Both the position numbers and the translations under genes were made by a program. Below the pieces are notes generated by a model that worked only from the letters and a program-made list of their open reading frames with translations, made no database searches and was not told the origin of the DNA. This document shows, piece by piece, positions 62,279-64,000 of a DNA stretch of 64,000 nucleotides; within the stretch, counting starts at the first letter, position 1; each line of letters begins with the position of its first letter. The stretch covers positions 682,001-746,000 of the forward strand of contig OZ237745.1 in NCBI GenBank assembly GCA_965178125.1. The letters run 5' to 3'. The DNA comes from Bilabrum cf. latius (lineage: Eukaryota).

Positions 62279-62449
62279 TGAAACAACAATACTAGTGCGC
62301 CAGAAATAGACCTGTAGGAACGATATCGCCCGAATTTGAAATCACGTTGTAGCGTGCGGATTGTGCGGCAATCGGTCGCAAACCCGCCGGTCACCAGCCT
62401 TCCTTTGCCGTTGGCAGGTGGCTTTGGTGAAATTAGACTGACTCATCTA

Positions 62450-64000
62450 ATGAAGATAACTGATGCTTCCTTCTCACCAGACGGGAAGCTGGTTGCTTTT
62501 CTCGCGCAGGAACGAAGCAAGTCGCATTGCCTTCGTGTGGCTCGTTCCAACCACCCAGGCAAAGCAATCACGATTGCGAGCGCATAGACTCTCAGCAAAT
62601 CCAACGAAAGTTTATCTCTCCAAGAAAAACTTCTCCGGGAGAGATAGAGGAAGCGCACCGAGGGAATTACTGAGTACTTCTGGGTGCCGAATCCTCCAGC
62701 TGGGTGCCTCGGTTGCGTGATTCTACCATTTCGAGGAAACTTGTTCTGCGCGACTGTCGTTGAGGCTGCAGAAAAGCTGGAGGTCGGTACAATCGTGCTT
62801 GTGTACGATAAATCTTGGCTCGCAAATGCTCTCTGCGTAGCATCCAGCGCAACAGTAGCCCAGCAGCCTCAGGCTGGACCAGATGGAAATAGGCTTGCAT
62901 TTCACGCTGCAGGAGAGGTGTGGATCACCTTACTGCCTCACGCAGATGGATTTCGCTCATCAGATCGGTAGATATGGCAGATAACATACGATGATACGCG
63001 GTTGGAACTCGACCTTGGGGATTATCATTCGCAGGCCGCCGGGCCTCCCGGGACAGCACCTGGCCCTCTGGCTCGTTTGAAGCAAGCAACACCATCACCG
63101 GTTCCTGGAATTACTAGAGGGTTGGCAAATTATTTAGAGGCTGAGGAGCTTGATAGGTACGAAGGGTTTTGGTGGTCTCCAAACAGTCGATTCATATGTT
63201 TTCAGGAGTCGGACCAAACTCCAGTCCCCGAGTTCTCTATTTCGCACCCTGCTGCGGACGATCTGAATGGTAAAAGTGCAGTCGAAGTGCACAGATATCC
63301 GTTTTCTGGGTGCCGCAACCCGAAAGGCCGTCTTGGTATCGCTCGGGTGGAAGCAGCAACCATGCTTCGCGGCTTGCGGCAAATGGACCCTAAGGCTGCC
63401 AGTGGGTGCACGCTTCCTTCGAGAGAAGGCAGCATACAAAGCACCCAAGCAGCAGCGGCAGTATCGACACATGCAAGTACAGTTGGTACGAACCCGCCGA
63501 ATCCTGCGGCTGCGTTTGCTGGCATGCAAACGGATAGCGCGGCTGGAGACGATCCTTTTGCCAGCAGCACCATCCTGTCGCACCACACCAAGGACGGGAT
63601 TCACGTGCATGTGTACCCCCCTATCAATGGGCTACAATGGCTGTAGCTTGCTTCGAAATGCGGTGGAACAGGGGCTACAACTTCGGAAATTGCATTAGAG
63701 TCCGTTCGGGCTCGGCTGCCTCGCTCTTTGTCTTCAGATTCAGATAAAGCGAGCAGCAAGTATGGCAGCGGGAATGTCGAATCGAAGAAAATGGAGGATG
63801 GTTTATCGTTGCCTTTGCACGCTGAGGCGGTTGCAGCTGCTCTTGACGGCACGGTCCTTGATGGGGGCTTTCTGGCCAGGATCACGTGGAGCCCGGACGC
63901 AACTCTGTTCGTGCAAGTGCTGAATAGGGAGCAAACTACCATGGACCTCGTTCGATTTCGGGTGTTTGATGGTGCGTGCGACCTTATTGTCAGGGAGGTG
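62450..64000 (+). CDS. Dipeptidyl-peptidase IV / DPP8-9-like S9B peptidase, N-terminal propeller (partial)
   Basis: FSPDGKLVAF, LSLQEKLLRER*R, GITEYFW, GLANYLEAEELDRYEGFWWSP, HRYPFSGCRNP, FLARITWSPD..QVLNREQ. TAGs at 62585, 62645, 62969, 63644. Confidence 0.85.

Noticed and set aside
301-63646. Pseudogenes or sequencing errors as the cause of internal stops
   Set aside because: Only TAG occurs internally, no frameshifts are needed, essential genes are affected, and the sites match Gln.
301-63646. Pyrrolysine, Leu or Glu as the meaning of UAG, or the ciliate UAR=Gln code
   Set aside because: Diagnostic columns and CAG/CAA neighbours indicate Gln, and TAA ends genes and is never internal.

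Overview
Gene-dense, GC-rich eukaryotic nuclear DNA with about 23 protein genes, short GT-AG introns (mostly 88-115 nt, donors GTGAG/GTAAG) and very short intergenic gaps. CFAP43 and acyloxyacyl hydrolase suggest a flagellated, probably bacterivorous protist. A stramenopile or bicosoecid-like identity is only my inference. The main result is a non-standard nuclear genetic code. Roughly 100 in-frame TAG codons (manual count) interrupt 18 otherwise intact genes, including essential ones (RPB1, SRP68, NMT). Several fall on Gln positions I recall as conserved, or inside CAG/CAA runs. Every complete gene ends in TGA (18) or TAA (3). So UAG reads as Gln while UAA and UGA remain stops, and the supplied standard-code ORF track fragments most genes. 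RPB1 is also unusual: both clamp zinc sites appear lost, the CTD has single heptads separated by Gly/Ala spacers, and one long intron is hairpin-rich. Family assignments come from remembered motifs, not database searches.
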